DNA of 64,000 nt from an uncultured Spirochaetota bacterium (GCA_963827275.1 CAWHAA010000010.1:432189-496188), one strand, 5' to 3'. Counted from the first letter of the stretch, positions 39,462-50,351 are shown. The notes: generated by a model not told the origin, from the sequence alone. A program made the numbers and translations.

Positions 39462-40436
39462 CTACAGGCTGATCATCTCTATAAACACCGCCACCGCGAG
39501 CAGGAGGTCGGTACCGAGGACCGTCACCACGTTCATACCCAGGGCGGGCGGGAGCTTCTTCATATCATCATAATATTTCAGCGTGGTCATCCCCGCCTTC
39601 ACGGCGAGCGGGAGCGTCAGGAACCCCAGGAGCAGCCACCACGATGAATAGCCGAGCAGGGGCACGATCAATATGGAGAGGTAGGTCGCGGCCAGGCCCG
39701 CGACGTAGAGATACGATGCCTTTTTCCGGCCAAGCCAGATCACCAGGTGAAAGCGCCCGCCGCCCGTGTCAGCCTCCACGTCGGGGAACTCGTTCAGGTA
39801 GAGGAGGAGCGCCGTCAGGATGCCCGGCGGGACGGAGATGAGCACCACGTTTGCCGGGAACAGCCCGCACGCCGCGTCGCCGGGAGCGGCGACCATCGCG
39901 ATGTAGGTCCCGATCACCACGAGGGACCCGAGGCTCAGGCCCGCGAAGAACTCGCCCAGCAGGACCTTCGCGAAATGGGTGGTGTAAAAAACGATCGATA
40001 TGCCGCCGATCAGCATGATGATCCCGATCATCCAGTGCGACAGTATAAAAAAATACAATCCGATGATGAAGGCCCAGGATATCGTCAGCCACGCGGCCGT
40101 GCTCACCGCTATCGGCGTGGTCACGCCCGACTGGATCAGGCCCGTGCCGCCGCTGAAGGGCGTGCGCTTCGTGTGATTATCGATCCCGGTCCGGGAATCG
40201 GAATACTCGTTGAAGAGGTTCACCGACGCGTGGGCGATCACCACGCCCAGCATCACAAGGATTGCATCGATAACGCTGAAGCCCTTCACGACGAGACCGA
40301 AAACATTTCCTTCAGCGATCTGCCTGAAATGCAGGCCCGCAAGGGCGAGCCCCAGCAGGACAAGAAACACCGCAAGCAGAAGAAAATTGCTCCGCACCTG
40401 GCCGGCCCAGGCCTTGACAACTTCACGTTTTAGCAT
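39462..40436 (-). CDS. UbiA-family prenyltransferase, MenA-like
   Basis: NLFNEYSD...GID, NEFPDVEAD. Confidence 0.85.
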   Translation of the reverse strand: MLKREVVKAWAGQVRSNFLLLAVFLVLLGLALAGLHFRQIAEGNVFGLVVKGFSVIDAILVMLGVVIAHASVNLFNEYSDSRTGIDNHTKRTPFSGGTGLIQSGVTTPIAVSTAAWLTISWAFIIGLYFFILSHWMIGIIMLIGGISIVFYTTHFAKVLLGEFFAGLSLGSLVVIGTYIAMVAAPGDAACGLFPANVVLISVPPGILTALLLYLNEFPDVEADTGGGRFHLVIWLGRKKASYLYVAGLAATYLSILIVPLLGYSSWWLLLGFLTLPLAVKAGMTTLKYYDDMKKLPPALGMNVVTVLGTDLLLAVAVFIEMISL

Positions 40437-40461
40437 AGAGAACTCCGAATGAATTATTCTC

Positions 40462-40531
40462 TCCCCTGTCCCCGTAGGGGGCACGGAGGAATTCAGCACC
40501 TTGATTCGTGCCCCCTGCGGGGGACAGGGGA
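40462..40531. repeat. Gene-less inverted pair of the DUF559-flanking repeat (mini-MITE)
   Basis: TCCCCTGTCCCCGTAGGGGGCACG-21 nt-CGTGCCCCCTGCGGGGGACAGGGGA. Confidence 0.88.
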
Positions 40532-40537
40532 ATTCAG

Positions 40538-40677
40538 CCCCTCACCCGCGCTCCGCGCACCCTCTCCCATTAAACCCGGAAAAAAGGAGAGGGTTTCTGA
40601 GGTAAAATATTTATTCCTTTGTATCCCCCTCTCCTTTCTTCATTTTTTAACGGGAGAGGGGGACCAAGGGGGTAAGG
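40538..40677. repeat. CCCTCTCC/GGAGAGGG double-hairpin REP-like element
   Basis: Two CCCTCTCC...GGAGAGGG stems. Confidence 0.7.
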
Positions 40678-40685
40678 TGCCTGTA

Positions 40686-41447
40686 TCAATCTTTCTTCTT
40701 CTTCATAAACATTTCAATCAAATCAATCGGGATCGGGAAGAGCGTGGTGGAATTCTTCTCCGCCGATATCTCGCGCAGGGTCTGGAGATAGCGCAGCTGC
40801 AGTGACATCGGGTGCTCTTCCATGAGCGCTGCCGCATCCACCATCTTCTGGGCCGCCTGGAACTCTCCCTCGGCGCCGATGACCTTGGACCGGCGCTCCC
40901 GCTCCGCTTCCGCCTGCTTCGCGATCGCCCGCTGCATCTCCTGGGGAAGGTCCACGTTCTTCACGTCAACGTTGGAGACCTTGATGCCCCACGGCTCGGT
41001 ATGGGTGTCCAGCACCTTCTGGAGCTCGGCGTTGATCCGGTCCCGCGCCGACAGGAGGTCGTCCAGCTCCACCTGCCCGAGGATGCTCCGCAGCGTCGTC
41101 TGCGACATCTGCGACGTGGCGTACATGTAATCGTCCACCTCGGTGATGGCGCGGTTCGGCTCGATGACCCTGAAATAGACGACCGCGTTGACCTTCACCG
41201 ACACGTTGTCCTTGGTGATGATGTCCTGGGGCGGCACTTCCATGGCCACGAGCCGCAGGTTCACCCGCACCCACCGGTCGATCACGGGGATGATGATGAT
41301 AATGCCGGGGCCCTTGGCGCTCTTGAGGAGCCTCCCCAGCCTGAACACGACCGCGCGCTCATATTCCTTCACGATCTTGATGGATGAGATGAGTATGAAT
41401 AGACCGATAATGATAATGCTCATGACGAGACTTGATCCGAACAGCAT
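40686..41447 (-). CDS. SPFH/stomatin (slipin) protein
   Basis: [28 protein letters not shown]. Confidence 0.93.
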   Translation of the reverse strand: MLFGSSLVMSIIIIGLFILISSIKIVKEYERAVVFRLGRLLKSAKGPGIIIIIPVIDRWVRVNLRLVAMEVPPQDIITKDNVSVKVNAVVYFRVIEPNRAITEVDDYMYATSQMSQTTLRSILGQVELDDLLSARDRINAELQKVLDTHTEPWGIKVSNVDVKNVDLPQEMQRAIAKQAEAERERRSKVIGAEGEFQAAQKMVDAAALMEEHPMSLQLRYLQTLREISAEKNSTTLFPIPIDLIEMFMKKKKD

Positions 41448-41477
41448 GTGAGACCTCCTTTTTTATATGCGCGCCTG

Positions 41478-42785
41478 TCAGGCGCGCTTTTTGACCTTCA
41501 GCACCATTCCTTCCACTTCCATCACGACGACCGTGTCGTCCTTCGCCAGCGCGTCGCCGCTCACCGCGTCCCATATCTCGCCGTACACGCGGACCGTTCC
41601 CCTGCCCTGTTCATCGAAATCGGACAGGGCGGTCCCCATCATGCCGACAAGGCCCTCGCGGCCCGTGGTCACCTGCGACCGGTGGACGCGGAGCACCGCG
41701 CGCACCACGATAAAGAAGAACGCCAGGAGCACCAGGGCCATCGCTATGATTGTCGACATCGGTATTGAACCTCCGGGGAGGGGGGAATCAAACAGTATCA
41801 TGGACCCGAACACGAAGGAGGCGATGCCGCCCGCCGTGAGGAGCCCGTAGCTCGCTATCTTCAGCTCGAGAATGAAGAGCACGATCGCCAGAATGATCAG
41901 GAAAATCCCGGCGATATTGACCGGGAGGATGCGGACCGCGAGGAAAAAAAGGAAGAGCGACGCCGCGCCGAGGACGCCCGGCACGATGAGCCCGGGGCTC
42001 TTGACCTCGATGCCGATGCCCGCCACCGCCAGCACCAGGAGGATGAGCACCATCTGCGGGTCGGCGAAAAAGTTGACGAACCGCTGCTTCCAGTCCATCG
42101 GGTATTCCACCGCCGCCCACGGGCCGGTCCTGAGCGTCACCGTCTTCCCGTTCATGGCCACGCGCCGGCCGTCGAGCTTCTTCATGAGGTCCGGCATGTC
42201 CTCCGCGATAAAATCGATCACGTTCTCGCGCTGCGCCTCCAGGTAGGTGCTCGACACCGCGTTCTTCACGGCCCGCTCGGCCCAGGCGACGTTCCTGTTC
42301 CGCTTCTGCGCGAGGCTCTTCGCGTACGCGACCATGTCGTTCAGCACCTTCTTTCGCCATCACGTCGGCGGGGTCGCCGTCCTTCTCGCGCGGGATGAAA
42401 TCGAGCATGGGGCTCACCGGGTGCATGGCGCCGATCTCGGTGCCCGGCGCCATCACCGCCACGTGGGCGGCGAGCATGATGTACCCGCCGGCGGAGGCCG
42501 CCTGCGCCCCCTTCGGGTAGGTGAAGGCCACGACCGGCGCGTCGGAGGACATGATGGCCTTGATGATCTCGCGCATGGAATCGACCAGCCCGCCCGGCGT
42601 GTCGATCAGGAGCACGATGCAGCGCGCGCCGTCCGCGTTCGCCTTTTTTATGGAGGCCGCGAGGTACTCCGACACGATGGGGTTCACGCTCCCTTCCAGC
42701 TTCAACAGCGCATAGCGCTCCTTCGCGAGAAGGGGCGCGGAAAGGAGAGCAACGGCGATGACGATAGAAGTATTATACGTTTCAT
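41478..42785 (-). CDS. nfeD: NfeD membrane serine protease, frameshifts near 42765 and 42350
   Basis: IDTPGG, AASAG, C-terminal OB domain (GEIWDA); upstream of SPFH gene. Confidence 0.87.
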
Positions 42786-42827
42786 AATAATTACCTTCTT
42801 TGAAATCGACCGACTTCAGAGTTATAG

Positions 42828-42853
42828 CCCCCCGTCCCCCGTCGGGGGCACGT
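42828..42853. repeat. Solo copy of the DUF559-flanking repeat
   Basis: CCCCCCGTCCCCCGTCGGGGGCACGT. Confidence 0.75.
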
Positions 42854-42913
42854 ACTATTTCGCTGTACTGCAGATAACGATAATCTCGGTGCATGCACAA
42901 ATTCAATCCATAT

Positions 42914-44397
42914 CTACCCGCTCCATTTCATGGAATCGGGTCTGCAGGACAATGATACTACAAGGCCCCAGGGCCGCACGGCTGACGGCGCCCCCGCCAG
43001 CGCGTCCATCATCGACCGCGCCTTTTCATAGATGCCGTCGAACCCGCCGTTTGACATTATCAGTATGATGTTCTCTTCGTCAAGGGAGATGTTATTTTCG
43101 ATGAACCCGAGCATCTCGTCGGCTCCCGGGAACAGGTGCGCGTCCCGGTTGAAGGCCCGTATGTCGTCAAGGAGCCTGGCCGGATCGAGCCTGCTGCCGC
43201 CCGGGACGGCAGAGCCCTCGTAGGGGGTCCGTATGAGGACGATGTCCGCCGGCTCGAACGAGCGCGGCAGCACGTCCTGGAACACGTTCCGCCGCGACGT
43301 GGCCGAGCGCGGCTCGTACAGCGCCCAGAGGCGCGCGCCGGGATAGCGGTCCCGCATGGTCCCGAGCACGTAGCGCACCGCGGTGGGATGGTGCGCGAAA
43401 TCCTCGTATATTTTGACATTGTTGCGATCGTAGATGAGCTCCTGCCTGCGCTTCACGCCGAGGAACGAGGCCATCCCCTTCGCGATGCCGGCCTCCGGCG
43501 CGCCCAGGAGCCGCGCCATGGCGGCCGCGGCAAGGACGTTCTCGTAGTTGAAGCCGCCGAAGAGCCGGGTCTTCAGGGAAAAGCCCCCCTGCGGGGAGGC
43601 GATATCCAGGGAGGAGAAATCACCCTCGTAGCCGCGGAACGAGTAGCTGAAATCGGCCGCCCCGCTCCCGTAGGAAAAACGCCGGGAATAGGATTTCGCC
43701 ACGATCTCATGGAGGTTCGTCGTAGTCGGCCGAATAGAGGAGCGTGCCGTCCGAGGGGACCATGTTCACGAGCCTCCTGAACCAGAGCTCGATCTCGGCC
43801 AGGTCGCGGTAGATGTCCGCGTGGTCGAACTCGAGGGAGGTGAGCAGCAGGTGCGCCGGCCGGTAAAAAACGAACTTCGGCACCTTCTCGAAAAAGGCGG
43901 AATCGTACTCATCCGCCTCTATGACGAAATACCGCCCCGTGCCGAGCCGGTAGCTGGCATCGTAATTCCTGGCGACGCCGCCCACGAAAAAGGAGGGCGA
44001 CATGCCCCGATTCCTCGAGGAGGTGCGCCAGCAGCGCCGTCGTGGTGCTCTTGCCGTGCGTGCCGGCGACCGCGACCACCTCTTTATCATGGAGGAAGAA
44101 GGCGTAGAGCGCCTGCGCCATCGACATATAGGGGAGCCGGGCGTTCAGCACGTGCTCCACCTCCGGGTTTCCCCTGCTGATGGCGTTCCCGACAATGACC
44201 AGGTCGGGGGAATCGATAGTGTCCGCGCTGAACCCCGTGCAGAGCCGCACGCCGCTCTTCCGGAGGACATCGCTCATCGGCGGATACATGTTCTGGTCGG
44301 AACCGGACACGGCGTACCCCCGCTCATGGAACATCGACGCGAGCGTGCCCATGGCGACGCCGCAGATGCCGATCATGTGGATCTTTTTCACCTTCAC
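42914..44397 (-). CDS. mpl: Murein peptide ligase (Mpl/MurC family), frameshifted
   Basis: IGICGVAMG, AGTHGKSTTT, EADEYDSAFFEK, EDFAHHPTA, MSNGGF over three ORFs. Confidence 0.85.
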
Positions 44398-44702
44398 TCG
44401 GCGCAGTAGCTCTCCTGTAGTATCTCGACCCGTACCAGCTCACGCCGGCCGTCCCTGACGACATAGGAGGCCTCGACCTTCTGGCATATCGCGACAGCGC
44501 CCCGGTCGGCCTCCCTGCCGTTGACCAGCACCTTTGACTCCCCGGTCCAGTAGAGGGTGTACTCCTTCGCTTTTTTCTTTATCTCGATCGACGTATCCGA
44601 CGCGCTGATGACCAGTCCGGCCACGGTCGAGGTCCCGGCCGCATACGCACCGACGATTCCCATCATAATAACGAGAAGACCCGCGCATATCACCTTTTTC
44701 AT
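44394..44702 (-). CDS. Small secreted protein
   Basis: Signal peptide MKKVIC...AYA; overlaps mpl start. Confidence 0.7.
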   Translation of the reverse strand: MKKVICAGLLVIMMGIVGAYAAGTSTVAGLVISASDTSIEIKKKAKEYTLYWTGESKVLVNGREADRGAVAICQKVEASYVVRDGRRELVRVEILQESYCAE

Positions 44703-44956
44703 TTTTCTCTACCCCCATGGATATGATAGAACCTTCGATAAAACAAAACTAATATACCGGCATAAATATTTCAAATAATTAATAAGAATAGACAGGGATG
44801 CAACAGCATGGGACCCGCACGTACAGAGCAGAGAATTCCCCGATAAAAAACAGGATACGGCTTAAACGCCCCATCCGCGGCGGGATTCGCTTAATTAATT
44901 GACAAAATACGGTCAACCGGGTATATTTGACGTAATAAAACAGTTCCATGCAGGCC

Positions 44957-45493
44957 ATGAAAAAGAAAATAACCTTCCACCGCTCCCTGTGCGCAATCGC
45001 CGTCATGGTGTTATGCATATCCCGTCTGGCCGCAGCTCCGGCGTACGAATGGGGGACCCCGCTCGACCAGCTGAAAAAATCGCTCCCCTCGGACAAGGAA
45101 GCGACGCAATTTACGCCAAAGGAAAAGCCGAAATACAAGAACAAGCTCCTGAGCTACATCACCGCGATCGACGGCAACCTGGTTGAAAAGATCATCATCG
45201 TGCGCCTGAAAGCCCGGCCCGTGGTCGATTACCTCTTCGTCAACAACAAGCTCTATACCATCATGGAAAACTGGGGCAAGGTGGACGAAAAGACCGCGAA
45301 GGAGATCGAGGCCAACCTGAACGGCCTGTACGGCCAGCCCCTGGTGCAGCAGGACAAGAACTTCTACATCTATTCATACAATACCGACAAGACCAAGGTG
45401 CTCTGCTATTTAATGAAGAACACCGACGGCACCTCCACCTGCAAGGTGTACTATTACACCAGGAAGCTCTTCAGGATGCTGATTACCGAGTAA
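44957..45493 (+). CDS. Secreted hypothetical protein
   Basis: Signal peptide; upstream TTGACA-N17-TATATT at 44899-44927. Confidence 0.75.
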   Translation: MKKKITFHRSLCAIAVMVLCISRLAAAPAYEWGTPLDQLKKSLPSDKEATQFTPKEKPKYKNKLLSYITAIDGNLVEKIIIVRLKARPVVDYLFVNNKLYTIMENWGKVDEKTAKEIEANLNGLYGQPLVQQDKNFYIYSYNTDKTKVLCYLMKNTDGTSTCKVYYYTRKLFRMLITE

Positions 45494-45518
45494 TACCCTG
45501 ACCCGGTTGCGGGTCGTG

Positions 45519-45886
45519 CAATTCATGGCGAGGGGAAGATGGCTCCTCGCCCTCTTCCCCTCGCGCTCCCCATCACCCACGGCCGCTCAAACGCCGCGGC
45601 GGGCTCGGGCATAACTCGGCCGAACCCGCTTCGCGGGATTCGGCCTCATACAACATGCCCGATTGGTTTGTCCGCCTGCGGCGGACGTTCGTATGGCTTT
45701 TGTGTGTTATAAATTATCCCCGGAAATCGTGTTGAGCAACCTAAAACCTTTCGCTCGGCGTCCCGTTCCGGGTCAGCCTCGCACCAATGATTTCATGTAT
45801 GACGCCGCACAGGATGTGCGGCGATGCGAGTGTGGCCCAGGATGTGCCCGACATGGATGTCGCAATGCCGGCTTCGCCATGAATTG
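45519..45886. mobile_element. MITE-like element with 13-bp perfect TIRs
   Basis: CAATTCATGGCGA ... TCGCCATGAATTG; no credible ORF; partial second copy at 47187. Confidence 0.75.
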
Positions 45887-45910
45887 TCGCTCCGGAGCAT
45901 ACCATGGGAA

Positions 45911-45950
45911 TAAAAAAGGGGGGCCTTCACGGAAAGGCTCCCCTTTTATT
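45911..45950 (-). terminator. Terminator after tRNA-Val
   Basis: GGGGAGCCTT...AAGGCCCCCC followed by TTTTTT. Confidence 0.75.
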
Positions 45951-45951
45951 G

Positions 45952-46024
45952 TGGGCGCTACTGGACTTGAACCAGTGACCCTCTGCTTGTAAGGCAGATG
46001 CTCTTCCAGCTGAGCTAAGCGCCC
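45952..46024 (-). tRNA. tRNA-Val(TAC)
   Basis: GGGCGCT acceptor stem, TCTGC-CTTACAA-GCAGA anticodon arm, TTCAAGT T-loop; CCA not encoded. Confidence 0.97.
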
Positions 46025-46026
46025 TG

Positions 46027-46299
46027 TTATTGTATCTTCGTCTCGGTGATCTTGCTTGCGCGGAACGCGATGGTGGTCTTGGCCGGAACGTCTATGTCCT
46101 TGCCCGCGATGGGCGAAAATACCTTTCTCGCTTTCTTGTCGGCCCGGTAAAAGGTGCCGAATCCCCGGATCTCGACCCTGTCTCCCTTCAGCGCGCTCTC
46201 TTTGACTTTTTCAATGAAATTATCGACGATATAGAGGACCTCTTTTTTCCGGAGTCCGCTCTGGAGGGTCAGGCGGTCCACTATTTCGGATTTCGTCAT
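46027..46299 (-). CDS. HU/IHF family DNA-binding protein
   Basis: MTKSEIV...VEIRGFGTF. Confidence 0.92.
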   Translation of the reverse strand: MTKSEIVDRLTLQSGLRKKEVLYIVDNFIEKVKESALKGDRVEIRGFGTFYRADKKARKVFSPIAGKDIDVPAKTTIAFRASKITETKIQ

Positions 46300-46310
46300 G
46301 CCGGGCGCTC

Positions 46311-46592
46311 TTACGCTTTGGCTTTCATCGCCGCGTTGACCCGCTTGGCCACCCGTGATTTTTTCCGCGCGGCGGTCTTCCTGTGCACCACGCCGGCGCC
46401 GGCGGCCTTGTCGATGGTCTTGACGAATTTGATGAACATCTTGTTCAGGGCCTCGGGGCTCTCCTTGCCGGCCGCGACCGCCTTTTCAACCTTCTTGGCG
46501 GTGGTGCGGATGGACGATTTGACCCCGACGTTGCGCTCACGCCGTTTCTCGTTCTGCTTGTTTCTCTTGATTTGTGACCGTATGTTTGCCAA
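46311..46592 (-). CDS. rpsT: 30S ribosomal protein S20
   Basis: MANIRSQIKRNKQNEKRR...HRKTAARKKSR. Confidence 0.97.
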   Translation of the reverse strand: MANIRSQIKRNKQNEKRRERNVGVKSSIRTTAKKVEKAVAAGKESPEALNKMFIKFVKTIDKAAGAGVVHRKTAARKKSRVAKRVNAAMKAKA

Positions 46593-46835
46593 TTGTTAAG
46601 TCCTTGTTTTAATGAATTTCTTCCGGCGTCCCGCCCGGCGGTGAGGGTTGACCGCCGGAATACGCGCCGGTTTCTAAAATATATACAATTAATATATATT
46701 GGATGGCAAATATGCGGTGGTGCATGGAAACTGTCAAGAATATTACAGAATTATTAATATCCTGTGGATATTAATTGACTCTCCCCACTCCGTGGGGCGG
46801 GGCGGCTGTCCGGGGATGCAAGATCAGTCAGTTAT

Positions 46836-47159
46836 TTAATATCCTATCTTTTTTCTGGGTTTTTCTTCTTCTATAATAAAACTCCTCAAAGCATCAAAAA
46901 TAGCCCTGAACTGCCGATCATACCTGTTTTCCATATCATCAATTTTATTTTTTAGCTCGTCATATGTTATCATCATCTGTCGCAACTTTGTAAAGGTACG
47001 CATTATTTGAATATTGACGTTAATTGCACGATCACTATTAAGAACACTGGATAGCATCAATATCCCATGCTCGGTGAATGCCATGGGAGCGTACCTGGAT
47101 CCACCCCGATTTGAGATCACAATTTGTGATCTCAAGTTTTGAAATTCTTCAAGGGTCAA
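46836..47159 (-). pseudogene. 5'-truncated ORF6N-domain protein
   Basis: LTLEEFQNLRSQIV...PMAFTEHGILMLSSVLNSDRAINVNIQIMRTF...KKIGY; usual N-terminal part absent. Confidence 0.8.
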
Positions 47160-47186
47160 CAGGTGTGGCCGGGAGTCCGGCCCGGA

Positions 47187-47370
47187 AATTCATGGCGAGG
47201 GGAAGAGGGCTCCTCGCCCTCTTCCCCTCGTGCTCCCCATCACCCCCGGTCCCTCATGCGCCGGGACGGGCTTCGGGCGTAACTCGTCGATTCGGCTTTG
47301 CCGAAATCGACTTCGAACAGACGCCCGATTGGTTTGTCCGCCTGCGGCGGACGTTTTTAGAGCTGGATGT
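47187..47370. repeat. Partial second copy of the 45519 MITE
   Basis: AATTCATGGCGAGGGGAAGA...GCCCGATTGGTTTGTCCGCCTGCGGCGGACGTT. Confidence 0.9.
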
Positions 47371-47473
47371 GTCACAGCAAACCTTGTTCTATTAGTAGTA
47401 GTCATGGAACTTATACCATATTTTTGCTTTTTTCCGGCTACAACAACCGGGATATGGAGCTAAAAGATATCTC

Positions 47474-47528
47474 AATATGGATTACATCAAAGAGATCGTT
47501 TTTGAGTCAGCATACTATTTCGTCAGTT
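47474..47528 (+). repeat. 55-bp direct repeat, left of the Nmad cassette
   Basis: 46/55 identical to 50978-51032; first 20 bp exact. Confidence 0.85.
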
Positions 47529-47618
47529 CGAGGAAAAGAGTGAAGGATGATTGACTTTATCATGGAGCCAGTTGAAGGCGGCGGTGCGGCAGCGGGTGTC
47601 CTGAATATTATTCATTAT

Positions 47619-48125
47619 CTATAATTTAGATCCAATCACTTTCAGCGATTCAGTAAAAAATTTATTTTGCTGTCCTGTAGATGGGAAGGGAATAACTATC
47701 CCGTTATTTAGCACATTAAAACCCTTACTTAACAACCTTTTCTCAAGCAAACGACATATATTTGCCTTTACAAGCATTATCTTCAACTGTTTGGGATCGC
47801 CAAGCTTTTTTAGATCAGCAACAAGATTCTCAAAATTCTCCAGAATCTTATCTTCTCGCTCTTTATCATTAAGCTTGTTGACTGGTTCATATGTTGCATC
47901 AACTATAAAATAACCGGAATCGGCAAAATAAGTTAGACCCTCTCGTTTACTCCGAAGATTGAAATTAAACAATTTCATCATTGCCTTAAATAACGGTTCA
48001 TTAACGCTTCCTTCTTCATCGTAGAAATATTTACCTGATTCTGGCGGAGATTCAAGAATAAAAATCATTTTTAATTTTTTCGGGCGATATTTGTTTCTAA
48101 GACGGTAATAGTATTGTTTATTCAT
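47619..48125 (-). CDS. Uracil-DNA-glycosylase-like protein
   Basis: IFILESPP..GKYFY and IPFPS resemble UDG-superfamily motifs. Confidence 0.55.
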   Translation of the reverse strand: MNKQYYYRLRNKYRPKKLKMIFILESPPESGKYFYDEEGSVNEPLFKAMMKLFNFNLRSKREGLTYFADSGYFIVDATYEPVNKLNDKEREDKILENFENLVADLKKLGDPKQLKIMLVKANICRLLEKRLLSKGFNVLNNGIVIPFPSTGQQNKFFTESLKVIGSKL

Positions 48126-48151
48126 TCTTGTGCAAGCTATTTACAATGATG

Positions 48152-48949
48152 TTATTGCATTAAAAGGTTTTGCACCCATTCAATTATCTTTTCGTTACAT
48201 TCGATTACAAATTCCTGCCCTTTCTTTGCCGAATCAAAATAATTATTCTTAAACGACTTTTTTGAATGATAAGATATTCTTACATCTTGAAAAATATCCG
48301 GCAAATCCCAATGGCTCTTTGTCTCACCTTCTTTGGTCAATATCAAGCGTTTATTATATTTCAAGCACCCGGATCCCGCCATGGGATCATCCAGACTCAA
48401 TACCTCAGATGCTTCATAGATGCAATTGTTCTTATCAATTGAATATTTATTGGCATGAGGATGATACATTGCCGAAGGAGGTATATCCGAGCAAGAGGAA
48501 TAGATATGACCTATTTGCATATAGGCATATACAATGTGTAAATCAGGCGCATTTTTTACATAACGTAAACTTTGATTTACAATTTCAGTCTCTTTAAACC
48601 ATCCGAAAAATAAAAATATATCCCCTTCTTGTACATTTTCATTTCTTAAATGTCCTTGTGCGCTTCCCATTTGGCCAAACAATGCCTTCCAGTACCCTTC
48701 CCTTTTTATTGCATCATGCCTGATGTCGGGATCAAGATGACATGTATGGCTGCTTTTAATTTTGGTATTTGGTTTTAGATCTTTAATTATCTCATAATAT
48801 GACTTATCTTGGTATGATAAATCTGAATACTTGATATACTCATTCTTGGAAGGTATGGGGAGTGATAGTAAGGTGCCATCAGGAAGTATGGGGCTTGGCT
48901 GACCGCCATAGCTTGAATCAAAACCTTTACGACTCAATATAACTTTCAT
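48152..48949 (-). CDS. Nucleotide modification associated domain 3 (Nmad3) protein
   Basis: ILSRKGFDSSYGG.PSPILPDG.LLSLPIP, HLDPD, GDIFLFFGWF, GQEFV. Confidence 0.85.
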   Translation of the reverse strand: MKVILSRKGFDSSYGGQPSPILPDGTLLSLPIPSKNEYIKYSDLSYQDKSYYEIIKDLKPNTKIKSSHTCHLDPDIRHDAIKREGYWKALFGQMGSAQGHLRNENVQEGDIFLFFGWFKETEIVNQSLRYVKNAPDLHIVYAYMQIGHIYSSCSDIPPSAMYHPHANKYSIDKNNCIYEASEVLSLDDPMAGSGCLKYNKRLILTKEGETKSHWDLPDIFQDVRISYHSKKSFKNNYFDSAKKGQEFVIECNEKIIEWVQNLLMQ

Positions 48950-49130
48950 CGCTTTTCCAGCTCAAATCATCTTTAAACCACGAATGAGGATGATTATATA
49001 GTCCCGGTTTATATTTTAATTCAATAAATGAAATAAATTTTTTTGTCGTTTCAGGATTATGAGTTCTTACTCCGTGACTGGATTGGCCCTTCGGAACTTC
49101 CGGCCTTACATTCTCGGGTATAACAAGAGG
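48927..49130 (-). pseudogene. Nmad2 C-terminal fragment
   Basis: Open frame PLVIPENVRPEVPKGQSSHG...PHSW...YIES* from the IS end, overlapping the Nmad3 start. Confidence 0.7.
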
Positions 49131-50351
49131 TGTTTAGTGATAGTATTCGCCTGACACATTCCTCTGAAAGACTTGATTTTCAGGCTACGCTATCCATCTC
49201 CATTGGTTCATTTTCTAACGGCCTTATACCTTCGACAAATGCCTGATATGGAGTCCGGCCATTCATATTGCGGCCTTGGTGGGACCTCTCATTGTTGTAA
49301 TGCTCAAGGTACTTGTCAAAGTCATTTTGCATTTCCTGAACCGACTCATAGAATTTAGTCCTACCAGCAATTCGGAAATGCTCATCAAGAAATGTTCGAT
49401 GCAGACGCTCAACATATCCATTACTCTGAGGCCTGCGGACCTTCGTTGTCCGATGCTCAATTTCTTCAAGCTGAAGAAACAGTTCAAACGGATGCTTATC
49501 AGGACGACCGCAGTATTCACGGCCATTGTCCGTCAGCACTGTTTCAACCTTAACATTGTGCTCTTCAAAGAACGGCAGCACATCATTGTTAAGCGTCTGA
49601 ACCGCAGTCACCGGAACCTTGGTCGTGTACATCCGTCCCCATGCATACCGGCTGTGGCAATCGATCACTGACTGGAGGTACACCCTGCCGATTCCCTTGA
49701 GCGTACCCACTAAAAACGTGTCCATTGCCACCAAATGGCCCGTAAAATCAGCCTGAATATGTCGTTCCCGGTATTCAGGGCTGAATTTCTCCAGAAGCCG
49801 AACCTGCTCTTCTGTGAGCTCAATCTGGCGTTTCCCGGTGATGCTCCTCAAGCCTCATTAAGCCTTTGGTGCCTGGTCTCAAGTTTGTTTCTTAACCATA
49901 CTCCTCGGACACCTCCGGAACTCACATTGACACCCTGCAAATTCAACTGCTGGGCTACGCTGAGGCATCCCTTCGTTGGATGCTTTAATGAATACTCCAG
50001 GATAGCTTTCTCAACATCCTCAGATACTCTATTCGGATGTGGACCTTTTGCCCCCGGTATTTTGTCTAAAAGTCCCTCTGCACCGTATGTCTGGAAATTC
50101 CTTCGGATCTCATAGAACTGCTGCCGGGAATATCCCATGATCAAACAGGCTTTGCTGACATTATCAAGTTCCTGGGCCAGCTCCAATAAATTTAGCTTTC
50201 TTCTGGCTGCCTTCTGTGTTACATTGGCATTGGTGGTCATTTGTTTCCTCCTGATATAAAGTTTTTGTGGTAAAAATCATTATATCTTTCAGAGGAACTT
50301 TGACCACCTTTATTTTTTAGGTGACTGTCAGGTGAATACCGTCACTGTACA
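49131..50351 (-). mobile_element. IS481-family element
   Basis: 26-bp imperfect TIRs TGTTTAGTGATAGTATTCGCCTGACA / TGTACAGTGACGGTATTCACCTGACA; no TSD seen. Confidence 0.9.
49180..50240 (-). CDS. IS481 transposase, split near 49850
   Basis: N-terminal HTH; MDTF, LTDNGREY, NGYVER (DDE). Confidence 0.88.

Noticed and set aside
40437..40499. N-terminal extension of the prenyltransferase (VPPTGTG)
   Set aside because: It is translated repeat sequence; ATG 40436 has its own GGAG
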